Assembly: GCA_963663675.1 (NCBI GenBank)
Contig: OY760498.1
Coordinates: forward strand, 3,517,761-3,581,760
Direction: 5' to 3'
Length of the DNA: 64,000 nt
Source of the DNA: Prolixibacteraceae bacterium
GTDB taxonomy: Bacteria; Bacteroidota; Bacteroidia; Bacteroidales; Prolixibacteraceae
The notes under the pieces are model-generated. The model was given only the letters and a program-made list of their open reading frames with translations, made no database searches and was not told where the DNA came from. Position 1 is the first letter of the stretch. The number at the start of each line of letters is the position of its first letter. Below are positions 1-9,365 of this stretch, one piece after another. The translations under genes and the position numbers were made by a program.

Positions 1-1
1 T

Positions 2-805
2 GTTCCTAATTTAAAGAGTAACGTTAAAGGGCTGAAAATTCTGACTTTCAACGTCCATCATTTCGCCAAAGATCCTGCAAAAAAACAATCCGGAGAACCG
101 GGGATTATTGAATATTTGAAATCGGCCAATGCCGATATCATCTGTTTACAGGAGGCTCAAATTTACAAAACAGGAAAATATAGCCCTGCCAGTATCAGGG
201 ATGCACTGCCCGGAATCAGGCATTATCAGCTTGCCCATACAATTTCGACTGCAGGTCCGATGACTTTGTCGAAATACCCTATCATTACACTGGGAGAAAT
301 CAGGTTTGAGCGCAGTGCCAATATGGTGTTGTTTTCAGATATTGTAATTCAGTCGAAAGACACAATTAGGGTATACAATTGTCACTTCCAATCATACAGG
401 ATAAGCCCGGAAGATTACTCCATTACCGATCCTGAGAGAAGCGGAACCAATGAACAGCAGCTACGCGAGGCAAAACTTATTACTAAAAAAATGATTCTCG
501 CTTTTTCAATCAGGGCCAACCAGGCCAGGACTGTGTACTCCCACATAAAAAAGTGCCCGTATCCTGTGATAGTTTGCGGTGATTTTAATGATACTCCCGT
601 TTCCTATACTTACCAAATTGTCGGCAATCAATTGAAAGATTCATTCTCAGACGCAGGTTTTGGTTTTTCAAACACTTATAACGGCATTTTACCTACCTTC
701 CGAATCGACTATATTCTGCACAGCCAAAAATACAAGGCATTCTATTATCGTTGTGACCGGATCGATATGTCGGACCATTTCCCGGTAATAGCTATTATAA
801 AATAA
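2..805 (+). CDS. endonuclease/exonuclease/phosphatase (EEP) family protein, 5' end cut by window edge
   Basis: Frame 2 is open from nt 2 (VPNLKSNVKGLKILTFNVHHF...), so the TTG at 116 in the ORF track is internal. EEP hallmarks are present: LTFNVHH, ADIICLQEA, VCGDFND and C-terminal SDHFPV. Confidence 0.8.
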   Translation, partial: VPNLKSNVKGLKILTFNVHHFAKDPAKKQSGEPGIIEYLKSANADIICLQEAQIYKTGKYSPASIRDALPGIRHYQLAHTISTAGPMTLSKYPIITLGEIRFERSANMVLFSDIVIQSKDTIRVYNCHFQSYRISPEDYSITDPERSGTNEQQLREAKLITKKMILAFSIRANQARTVYSHIKKCPYPVIVCGDFNDTPVSYTYQIVGNQLKDSFSDAGFGFSNTYNGILPTFRIDYILHSQKYKAFYYRCDRIDMSDHFPVIAIIK

Positions 806-921
806 AGTTAAGTTAAGATAAAATAAATGAGCTTATTACCCTTCGGTTTCCTAATTCTTGCGGACCCGGGGTCCAGGACTAATTTTGCTCATTGCGCCAA
901 TTTTATTATTTTAATTTAAGT

Positions 922-929
922 TATATTTG
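922..929 (+). promoter_or_regulatory. Bacteroidota -7 promoter box TATATTTG (TAnnTTTG), only 4 nt before the ATG at 934
   Basis: Exact match to TAnnTTTG. The spacing implies a transcription start at or next to the start codon (leaderless mRNA). Confidence 0.35.
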
Positions 930-933
930 ATAG

Positions 934-1728
934 ATGAAAAAATACCGGGCCATAATAATTGATGATGAGAAGAATGTTCGGGAAGTTCTGCAACTACTCT
1001 TATTTCAATATTGCAAGGAAGTAGAAGTTGTAGCCCTCGCATCATCGGCTGCAGAGGGCCGGGAATTATTGCAAAAACATTCCATTGATTTTATTTTCCT
1101 GGATATTTCCATGCCTAAGGAAGATGGGTTCACCTTTCTGGGTACAATTCCAAAAGAGAATTACTGCATTATCTTTGTGACAGCCTCAGAAGATTATGCC
1201 ATGAAGGCCCTAAAGGCAAGTGCTATTGACTACCTGCTAAAACCTATCTCCCCACTCGACCTTATTGAAGCTGTAACTAAAGCAACTCATCACCACGAAT
1301 TGCACCAAAGCCGCGAAATCCAGAAAAATATATACAGTGAATCCCTTGATAACCTAAGCCAGACTATCAATTTAGGATCCAAACAAATCAACAAAATTAC
1401 TGTTGCAGAACAATTCGGATTTCAACTGGTCAATACTTCAGATATCATGTATCTTGAAGCAGACAGCAACTACACAATCCTGCACCTGGCAGGTTTAAAG
1501 AAAATAGTTGCCACCCGGACGATGGGTGATTTTGAAAAAATTCTTGATCAACCTGAATTCTTCAGGATTCATAAATCAATCATCATCAATATTAATTATC
1601 TGAGAGCATACTCAAGCTACCAGGGAAATTTTGTAGAACTGACCGACGGTACTTCTTTAAATATTTCACGTAGAAGACTAAATGATTTTCGCGAGGCTAT
1701 CAAACAATTCACCAAATCTATCGACTGA
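934..1728 (+). CDS. two-component response regulator, CheY-like receiver + LytTR DNA-binding domain
   Basis: N-terminal receiver (IIIDDE..., DFIFLDISMP, LLKP). C-terminal LytTR-type region (IMYLEADSNYTILHL..., FFRIHKSIIINI). Confidence 0.9.
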   Translation: MKKYRAIIIDDEKNVREVLQLLLFQYCKEVEVVALASSAAEGRELLQKHSIDFIFLDISMPKEDGFTFLGTIPKENYCIIFVTASEDYAMKALKASAIDYLLKPISPLDLIEAVTKATHHHELHQSREIQKNIYSESLDNLSQTINLGSKQINKITVAEQFGFQLVNTSDIMYLEADSNYTILHLAGLKKIVATRTMGDFEKILDQPEFFRIHKSIIININYLRAYSSYQGNFVELTDGTSLNISRRRLNDFREAIKQFTKSID

Positions 1729-1753
1729 CTTGAGAAGAGAAGTACTTATAATC

Positions 1754-4714
1754 ATGGTCTTCCTGTTTTTCGTCTGCAAAAACCTGTTTGCCCAAAATCC
1801 TTATATTCAAAAATATACCGTAACTGAAGGACTCCCTTCAAATGGTGTTTATACTGTATTCCAGGACAGCAGAAAATTTTTATGGTTTGCTACCGATGCC
1901 GGGGTTGCCCGTTTTGACGGGACCAGGTTTACTTATTTCAGAAAACAGGATGGGCTCAGCAGCAATGATGTTTTCAATATAAAGGAAGACTCATTTGGCC
2001 GGATATGGTTCTTTCATATCAATGCCTCCATCAATTTCTTTTCGGACAATTATATACACAACGAAAAAAACACTCCGTTTCTGGATTCCCTGAAAGGCAG
2101 CTATTTCTGTAAAAAAATGTATGAAGATTCTGAGAGGAATATTTATTTCTATGATAACCCCCAAAGGATAATATATACCCTTAATCCCCGGAATCAGGTA
2201 ACCAGGTACCAGATGCCGTCATTAATGCTGAAAAGTGATCTCAAGCCAAAAATGTTTGAAGCAATGGCAATTCGGTATATGGAAAGAAAAACGGATGGTG
2301 AATTCTGTTTTTTGACTCCTATGGGAGTTTTCAAAACCAAAACCTTAAATGGAAGTCCAAACCCTGATTCCGATGATTATCTTTTCAGTGATGTTCTGAC
2401 CTCTTCTGATAAAATTCATTACGCTGTTGTCAGAGAAAAAGGCAACTCAAAATTTACTTTGAAAAAATTCAAAGATGATCTGAACTTTAAAAAGATAAAG
2501 CCATTTCCCAATACCGGTTCTGAATTTATTTTCTCTGTTCTGGAAGACAGTTATGGAATTTTTTGGGTTTCAACTTACGACAAGGGTGTTTTTTGTTTCA
2601 GAGGCGACAGTTTGATTTATCACCTTAACATCAAAAATGCCCTGACTATTCTGCAAGATCACGAAGGCAATATCTGGATATGTTCCATGAAAGAGGGGGT
2701 GTATAAAATCAATCCTTACATTACTATGAACAAGCACATTGAAAGTTCCGTATTTCAAAATAACGGAATCAGTACGTTGTGCAGGAAAGATAATACGGGA
2801 ATTTGGCTAACGGACGGAAGGCTGGTTTATGCACTAATTAACAATGAATTATATAAGTTAGACTTTCAAAAGACTGAAAATACCTTCAATGAAATATTGC
2901 AGGTAGGCGATAATAAATTGATTATCGGAGAAACCAGTAAATATCCCTATTCGCTGGAAGGAGTTACGATTGATCATGCAAGAAAAAGAATACATTGTCA
3001 AAAAGTAAGCCAGTCGACTTCCCGGATGAAAAAAATTATATACAGTCCCGCGAGAAATGAAATCAGCAGTTACAATCAGTTCTCTATTTATATTATGAAT
3101 CCTGTTGATATGTTCAGGGATATATCAACGAAAAAAATTGAGGAGCGCATATACAACACTTACTATGATTCCAGTAACAATTTAATTATTAATGCCAAGA
3201 ATTCCTATGTACACAGAGATGGTACATCCACTATATCCAAAGAGCTAAAATTTCTGAAAAATAAGTTAATCACGGATCACCTGAATTTAAATGATTCAAT
3301 TGAACTATTTAATATTGAGGGAGATAGCCTTTACATCTTAAATAACAAACAATTTATCAATTTATCGGAAGCATTGGATCAGCCTGACCACCTTACTATC
3401 AAGCATCTGTTCTATCAAGATTCAATCCTGTTCATTGCCTCCCCCAAAAAAATATTTATATGTAAGAATCCGTTAGACGTATTACGTGGTAAAAGGGTTC
3501 AACTACAAATGGCGAATATAAGTTTCCCGTCAATAAATGACATTCTTGTCAATGACAATAAACTATTTGTTGCCAGTGATGACGGACTTACTGCTGTACC
3601 GGTAGCAGATATCCAGCACGACAATATAAACCCGCCCATTCCTTATATCCTATCAATAAAAGTCAATGACACCGAGAAGAGTTTAGAGGATAGCCAGATA
3701 AAATTCAGAGGAGCAAAACGAATTAACATAGCATTTACGGGAATCAATTACTCTATTAGCCCCATTACTTATTCCTACAAACTTGAGGGGATAGATAGTA
3801 GCTGGACAATCTCAAGAGGGAATGATGTAGTAATTCAGAATCTATCCAGTGGAAATTACAAGTTTAAACTCCGCACAAAAAGGCTGGTATCTGAATGGAG
3901 CGAGCCTGTTGAAGTCGGGATTGTTGTTGAGGCTACAATTTGGGAACATCCTCTTTTTTACTTCTTTATCGGTTTGTTTGTAATTGGAATAATCTTTTTG
4001 CTGATACTGAGGCAAAAAAATAGTCAATTAAAACGACAGGAAGTTGCACACCAGATGATCCTGCTTGAGCAGAAATCATTGCAGGCCATGATGAATCCGC
4101 ATTTTATCTTCAATTCACTCGGATCTATTCAAAATTATCTGTTGCACAATAAACCGTATGAAGCTGGTATTTACCTTTCACAATTTGCCCGATTAATCCG
4201 ACAAAATCTTAACTCCATTGACACATCCCTGATCAATCTTGAAGAGGAGGTCAGCCGCGTTAAAAACTACCTCGATCTTGAAAAGCTCAGACTGGGTGAT
4301 AAATTTGATTATATCATTACTATCCATGAATCCATTGAATCAGATAATGTTTTTATCCCGTCGATGATTATTCAGCCATTTGTTGAAAATGCAATATGGC
4401 ATGGTATTGCAAACCTTGAAGATAAGGGACATGTATACATAACATTCGAATTGCATACCCAAAATTCGCTTAGGATAATTGTTGAAGACTCAGGGATTGG
4501 GTTTGAAAATTCGGAGAAATATAATATCAGACAAGAATCCCATCTCAATTTGGGAATGACGATAATAAGAAAGCGACTGAATCTGTTGAATAAGAAGTGC
4601 GGGATTGAAACAGGAATTACACTCAGTGAATATTCTCCCGGGTCAGTTAATCCAGGCACAAAAGTGGTCATAATTACACCTTTTTTTGACAGCAGATCTG
4701 CCATCCCTTCCTAA
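1754..4714 (+). CDS. sensor histidine kinase: periplasmic Reg_prop/Y_Y_Y beta-propeller sensor + TM + LytS/YehU-type His_kinase + HATPase
   Basis: ATG at 1754 gives a signal-like MVFLFFVCKNLFAQ; the TTG at 1682 in the ORF track overlaps the regulator gene. Motifs seen: Reg_prop-like GLPSNGVYTVFQDSRKFLWFATDAGVARFDG, Y_Y_Y-like YSYKLEGIDSSWT, TM HPLFYFFIGLFVIGIIFLLIL, NPHFIFNSL kinase motif, FVENAIWHGI ATPase. Confidence 0.85.
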   Translation: MVFLFFVCKNLFAQNPYIQKYTVTEGLPSNGVYTVFQDSRKFLWFATDAGVARFDGTRFTYFRKQDGLSSNDVFNIKEDSFGRIWFFHINASINFFSDNYIHNEKNTPFLDSLKGSYFCKKMYEDSERNIYFYDNPQRIIYTLNPRNQVTRYQMPSLMLKSDLKPKMFEAMAIRYMERKTDGEFCFLTPMGVFKTKTLNGSPNPDSDDYLFSDVLTSSDKIHYAVVREKGNSKFTLKKFKDDLNFKKIKPFPNTGSEFIFSVLEDSYGIFWVSTYDKGVFCFRGDSLIYHLNIKNALTILQDHEGNIWICSMKEGVYKINPYITMNKHIESSVFQNNGISTLCRKDNTGIWLTDGRLVYALINNELYKLDFQKTENTFNEILQVGDNKLIIGETSKYPYSLEGVTIDHARKRIHCQKVSQSTSRMKKIIYSPARNEISSYNQFSIYIMNPVDMFRDISTKKIEERIYNTYYDSSNNLIINAKNSYVHRDGTSTISKELKFLKNKLITDHLNLNDSIELFNIEGDSLYILNNKQFINLSEALDQPDHLTIKHLFYQDSILFIASPKKIFICKNPLDVLRGKRVQLQMANISFPSINDILVNDNKLFVASDDGLTAVPVADIQHDNINPPIPYILSIKVNDTEKSLEDSQIKFRGAKRINIAFTGINYSISPITYSYKLEGIDSSWTISRGNDVVIQNLSSGNYKFKLRTKRLVSEWSEPVEVGIVVEATIWEHPLFYFFIGLFVIGIIFLLILRQKNSQLKRQEVAHQMILLEQKSLQAMMNPHFIFNSLGSIQNYLLHNKPYEAGIYLSQFARLIRQNLNSIDTSLINLEEEVSRVKNYLDLEKLRLGDKFDYIITIHESIESDNVFIPSMIIQPFVENAIWHGIANLEDKGHVYITFELHTQNSLRIIVEDSGIGFENSEKYNIRQESHLNLGMTIIRKRLNLLNKKCGIETGITLSEYSPGSVNPGTKVVIITPFFDSRSAIPS

Positions 4715-4905
4715 TGATAATCCGTTGGCTCATGAAATCACCCATTCATTCAGCCAGAAGCACCTTATACTCAAACTTTGTTTTTGTTGCTGGAAATTGA
4801 ATTATAATTACATTGATAGAAGGGATTTTAGTGTAAATCCAATGTATGAATTGTCTGCTTTACCCTACCGCTATACCTTAAAGTTGTAATCAAAACCTGG
4901 CCGTT

Positions 4906-4961
4906 GAAGAAGTTTGGCCGGACAGAGGCTAATGCCCGGTCCGGCCAAACTTCTTCTTTTT
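4906..4961 (+). terminator. rho-independent terminator, perfect 18-bp stem
   Basis: GAAGAAGTTTGGCCGGAC (4906-4923) pairs perfectly with GTCCGGCCAAACTTCTTC (4939-4956). It is followed by TTTTT (4957-4961). Confidence 0.8.
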
Positions 4962-5160
4962 CATCGATTTAAATAAATAAAAATGAGAAAAATGGCAGTT
5001 ATGTGCACATCAACCTCATTTTGTAGGACAGTATCTTACAAGAAATCACTTCACCATAGCTGCACTACTATTCAGGAAAGAATGAATTCTCTTATTTTTC
5101 AACTCTCAATTTTCGACTCTGAACATTTTGGGGGCCAGATCTTTTAGGTCACTTTTTCCT

Positions 5161-5168
5161 ATATTTGC
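5161..5168 (+). promoter_or_regulatory. -7 promoter box TATATTTG upstream of the DUF5009-GH92-GH92 operon
   Basis: Exact TAnnTTTG, 24 nt before the ATG at 5192. Confidence 0.45.
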
Positions 5169-5191
5169 GAAAACTACTCTAATAATAAATC

Positions 5192-6307
5192 ATGGAAAAA
5201 ACAAATTCTGCCGACAAACGCATTTTGTCTGTTGATGTTTTGCGGGGTTTCGATATGTTTTGGCTTATCGGGGGAACAGGCATTGCGCTGGCCATTGTTA
5301 AATTCTTTGGTAGTAACGTACAGGATATTTTACTACCACAGTTTGATCATTGTGAATGGGTTGGCTTTACTTTCTACGACCTGATATTCCCGCTCTTTGA
5401 ATTTGTGATGGGTATGTCTGTAGTCTTTTCTTTACAAAAGATTCTCGGTACAGAGGGAAAAGCCGTGGCCTACAAACGTCTGGTCAAAAGATTCGTCCTG
5501 TTGTTTTTATTGGGTATCATATATTACGGAGGGGTTTCCAACAGCTGGCCTGACATCAGAATCCTGGGAGTTTTGCAACGCCTGGCACTCACATATCTCC
5601 TGACTGGTGTAATTTTTATCCATTTTGACTTGAAGTGGATGGTAGTATTTTCTGCAGCAATTCTGATTTTATACTGGATATTACTCAGTTTTATCCCTGT
5701 CCCGGACACTGGGTTAGCATCACTGACGCCGGAATCCAACTGGGCCCAGTATATTGATGCTAAATTCCTTCCCGGAAAGAAAAATGGGCCCGGTGGCTTA
5801 TGGGATATCTTAGGTTTACTTGGTACTCTACCGGCAACTGTTTCCTGTTTACTGGGAGTTTTTGCTGCCAGGATCTTATTAAGCAAGAAACTCGAGGATA
5901 AGCAACGTGTAATTTGGCTGCTGGGTGGCGGGCTTGCTATGGTCCTGACCGGTTACATCTGGGGATTACAATTTCCCATTATTAAGAAAGTCTGGACATC
6001 TACCTATGTTCTCGTGGGAGGGGGATATAGCCTGATGCTGATGGGGATATTTTATTACCTGATCGACATGAAAGAGTACAAAAAATGGACTTTGATGTTC
6101 GTTTGGATCGGGGTCAATCCTATCACAATTTATATGGCAAGAAATCTTATTGACTTTAATGGTCCGGCAAAGAGATTAGTTGGGGGAGATATTGCCACAA
6201 TGGTTGGTGAACAATGGGCTTATTTCCTTTCGACTGCAGTGTCCCTGGGCTTCTCTTTGATTCTTCTCAGATTCCTGTACAACAGAAAAATATTCATAAA
6301 AGTCTGA
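5192..6307 (+). CDS. DUF5009 / HGSNAT-like (heparan-alpha-glucosaminide N-acetyltransferase-like) polytopic membrane protein
   Basis: N-terminal RILSVDVLRGFDMFWLIGG motif and about 10 hydrophobic helices. The stop is 3 nt before the GH92 start. Confidence 0.7.
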   Translation: MEKTNSADKRILSVDVLRGFDMFWLIGGTGIALAIVKFFGSNVQDILLPQFDHCEWVGFTFYDLIFPLFEFVMGMSVVFSLQKILGTEGKAVAYKRLVKRFVLLFLLGIIYYGGVSNSWPDIRILGVLQRLALTYLLTGVIFIHFDLKWMVVFSAAILILYWILLSFIPVPDTGLASLTPESNWAQYIDAKFLPGKKNGPGGLWDILGLLGTLPATVSCLLGVFAARILLSKKLEDKQRVIWLLGGGLAMVLTGYIWGLQFPIIKKVWTSTYVLVGGGYSLMLMGIFYYLIDMKEYKKWTLMFVWIGVNPITIYMARNLIDFNGPAKRLVGGDIATMVGEQWAYFLSTAVSLGFSLILLRFLYNRKIFIKV

Positions 6308-6310
6308 TTT

Positions 6311-9271
6311 ATGAGCCTGACAAGATTATCTTTCTTAATCTCTGCCATAATTGGAATCACAACATTACTTTCCGCACAATCCAAGCCTGTCATAAAAGAT
6401 TACACCAAACTTGTGAATCCGATGGTTGGCACGAACGCCCACGGTCACACTTTCCCGGGTGCAGTTGTTCCTTTCGGGATGATCCAGTTAAGCCCTGATA
6501 CACGTCTTGAGACCTGGGACGGGTGTTCTGGATACCATTATTCGGATATCAGTATCCTGGGATTCAGCCATACCCATTTCAGCGGCACAGGTGTAGGAAG
6601 CGGTGCTGATATCATGTTGATGCCGGTTACAGGAGAGGCCTTTGTCAAACTTGGGAGTAAGGACGGAACAAAAAATGATTTCAGGAGTGCTTATTTACAC
6701 AAAAATGAAACAGCATCTCCGGGATATTACAGCGTTAGGCTTGAAAATAAAGTGTTTGCAGAACTTACCTGCACAGAACGGGTAGGACTTCATCAATATT
6801 CTTTTCCTTCAGGTGAACAGGCAAATATTCTTGTAGATCTTGCCCATGGCGTCACATCCAGGGTTGATTCATTGTACCTGGAGGTCATCAACAACACTAC
6901 GCTAACTGGGTTCAGACATGCATACAGCAGCCTTGACGGGGATAAGACTGTATATTTCGTAATTGAATTTTCCGTTCCATTCAGCGATTACAATGTCGAA
7001 GTCCAGGACAAAGCAATTGGCGAAAAACCCAGGAGCGGCGGAAAGAATTTAAGAGCATGTTTCCGGTTTGATAATACTTCACAAAATAAGGTTTTAGCAA
7101 GAGTTGCCTTATCAAGAGTAGATAAAGAAGGGGCTTTTAAAAATCTCAAGGCAGAACTAACAAACTGGGATTTCAACTCGGTCCGGGAAAAAGCCAGTCA
7201 GAAGTGGCAGAATGAACTTTCAAAAATTGAAGTCGAGGGTGGAACCCATGAACAGCAGGCAACATTTTATACGGCACTTTATCACTGCTACATCCATCCA
7301 AATATTGCAATGGATGCTGACAGGAGGTATATGGGGACAGATCATAAAATCCACACAGCAACAGGATTTGACAACTACACCAATTTTTCTCTATGGGATA
7401 CGTTCAGGGCGCTGCATCCCCTGTTTACAATCATCAACCAGCAACGGACAAACCAGTTTATCCGGAGTATGACAGAACGTTATTTGAATTCCGGAACCCT
7501 GATGATTATGGAATTTGGTGGTAATGAGGGGTTTGGCATGATCGGATACCATGCACTTTCGGTTATTGCCGATGCTTATGTCAAGGGAATACGTGAATAT
7601 GATGTTAACCTGACTTTTGAGGGAATGAAGATGCTTTCAGAAGGGATCAGGGCAGGCAAAGAGAGTTACCTGAAATTGGGATTTATTCCTTGTGACGTTG
7701 ATGATCAGTCTGTTTCCAAAACATTGGAATATGCTTACGATGACTGGTGTATCACTCGTCTGGCAAAAGATCTGGATACCAAGAGTTTTCACAGATACAG
7801 TCAGAAGGGCAATTTTTATCAGAATGTATACTGCCCGGAAGTAGGTTTTATGAGAGGGAAGACTAGCAGTTATGAGTGGGAGAAGCCATTTAGCCCATTG
7901 TCTACTGCAAATTTTACTGAGGGGAATGCTTACCAGTTTTCACTTTTTGTTCCTCAGGACTACCAGGGATTGTTCAAACTAATGGGTGGTGCAGAAGCCG
8001 TTGATGTGTGGCTGGACAAATGTTTCACGACAAAAATGGATCCCAGTCAGTCACGAACCGGGGACATGACCGGAGATATAGGGCAATACGTTCATGGCAA
8101 TGAGCCAAGTCACCATATGGCCTATTTATACAATTACCTGGGTAAACCATGGAAAACACAGAAACAGGTGCGCCAAATCATGGACAGGTTGTATTCAGAC
8201 AAGCCGGACGGATTAAGCGGGAATGAGGATGCCGGCCAAATGTCTGCCTGGTATGTATTGAGTGCTTTGGGTTTTTATTCTACTACTCCGGGAATGGATT
8301 ATTATGTAATTGGCTCACCTACTTTCCCCAAAGCGACCATACACCTTGAAAGCGGCAGGAAATTTACCATCAAGGCTCCTAATACCAGCCATAATAACAT
8401 CTATATTAATTCTACCACACTAAATGGAGCTGTAACGACTAAATCATACCTGAAACACGCTGACATAATGAAAGGAGGCGAATTTATTATCGAAATGGCC
8501 GGCCATCCGGATAAAATATGGGGCTCAAAACCGGAAGATATCCCTTATTCGGACAGCTATCCGACTCCTTTAATGCCGGAAATTGAAACTACTGAACATT
8601 ATTTCAAAGATTCAGTTGAAATAAGGATTTCATGTGATGAACCCGGTGCAGAAATTCGTTATACCCTGGACGGATCAGACCCTAAGGATAACGACAATCT
8701 TTATTCCAGGCCATTTATCCTGAACAGAACAGCAAAGCTCAAAGCAAGAAGTTTCCTGAAGGGGTATCATCCAAGCTATCCGGTGTCTGAGGATTTCACA
8801 AGGTTGTCCCTTCAGAAAGCTGTCAAGCTACCAGATCCCTTGCCTGGACTCCAGGCTCACTATTTCGAAGGCTATTGTGTTAAACTGGCTGACATGAAGA
8901 ACTATCCGGTTACTCAGAACACAGTTTATCCCAAATTTGATATAAGTCTAATCAAGGACCTCCGTTCTTTTGGCTATTATTTCAGAGGATACATCAACAT
9001 ACCTGAAACCGGGATTTATACTTTCAGTCTCAATTCAAATGATGGCAGTAACCTGGTTGTCGACGGCAAATTGGAACTGATTAATGACGGATTTCACAGG
9101 GCACAGGAGCGCGTTTGCAAGATTTTACTTGATAAGGGATTCCATTCGGTAGGTGTTGATTATTTCCAGATGGGAGGTGCCAAGGCACTGTCGTTATCCT
9201 GGGCCTTTGAAAATGGCAAAAAAGAAGAAATTCCGCCAAAAGCATTGTTCCATACAGTGAATGAAAAATAA
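6311..9271 (+). CDS. GH92 alpha-mannosidase with C-terminal chitobiase/hexosaminidase-C-like and PA14 domains, secreted
   Basis: Signal peptide. GH92 motifs: NPMVGTNAHGHTFPGAVVPFGMIQLSPDT, FSLWDTFRALHPLFTII, HGNEPSHH, GNEDAGQMSAW. Tail: GAEIRYTLDGSDP, then PA14-like GYINIPETGIYTFSLNSNDGSNLVVDG...YFQMGG. Confidence 0.9.
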   Translation: MSLTRLSFLISAIIGITTLLSAQSKPVIKDYTKLVNPMVGTNAHGHTFPGAVVPFGMIQLSPDTRLETWDGCSGYHYSDISILGFSHTHFSGTGVGSGADIMLMPVTGEAFVKLGSKDGTKNDFRSAYLHKNETASPGYYSVRLENKVFAELTCTERVGLHQYSFPSGEQANILVDLAHGVTSRVDSLYLEVINNTTLTGFRHAYSSLDGDKTVYFVIEFSVPFSDYNVEVQDKAIGEKPRSGGKNLRACFRFDNTSQNKVLARVALSRVDKEGAFKNLKAELTNWDFNSVREKASQKWQNELSKIEVEGGTHEQQATFYTALYHCYIHPNIAMDADRRYMGTDHKIHTATGFDNYTNFSLWDTFRALHPLFTIINQQRTNQFIRSMTERYLNSGTLMIMEFGGNEGFGMIGYHALSVIADAYVKGIREYDVNLTFEGMKMLSEGIRAGKESYLKLGFIPCDVDDQSVSKTLEYAYDDWCITRLAKDLDTKSFHRYSQKGNFYQNVYCPEVGFMRGKTSSYEWEKPFSPLSTANFTEGNAYQFSLFVPQDYQGLFKLMGGAEAVDVWLDKCFTTKMDPSQSRTGDMTGDIGQYVHGNEPSHHMAYLYNYLGKPWKTQKQVRQIMDRLYSDKPDGLSGNEDAGQMSAWYVLSALGFYSTTPGMDYYVIGSPTFPKATIHLESGRKFTIKAPNTSHNNIYINSTTLNGAVTTKSYLKHADIMKGGEFIIEMAGHPDKIWGSKPEDIPYSDSYPTPLMPEIETTEHYFKDSVEIRISCDEPGAEIRYTLDGSDPKDNDNLYSRPFILNRTAKLKARSFLKGYHPSYPVSEDFTRLSLQKAVKLPDPLPGLQAHYFEGYCVKLADMKNYPVTQNTVYPKFDISLIKDLRSFGYYFRGYINIPETGIYTFSLNSNDGSNLVVDGKLELINDGFHRAQERVCKILLDKGFHSVGVDYFQMGGAKALSLSWAFENGKKEEIPPKALFHTVNEK

Positions 9272-9365
9272 TGAATTTGCTTTCTGTTTTGCGACAAAGA
9301 CAAAATATAAATATTAAACGTAAACCTCTTCCAATTTAACTGAATCCTAAAGAATCATATTTCCA

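Noticed and set aside
4686-4889. 67-aa ORF overlapping the kinase 3' end.
   Set aside because: It has no motif, overlaps the kinase stop, and has Cys/Leu-rich noise-like composition. The region is treated instead as a possible UTR or sRNA.
6214-6498. 94-aa ORF bridging the DUF5009 and GH92a genes.
   Set aside because: It is out of frame with both well-supported genes and shows no motif, so it is an overlap artefact.
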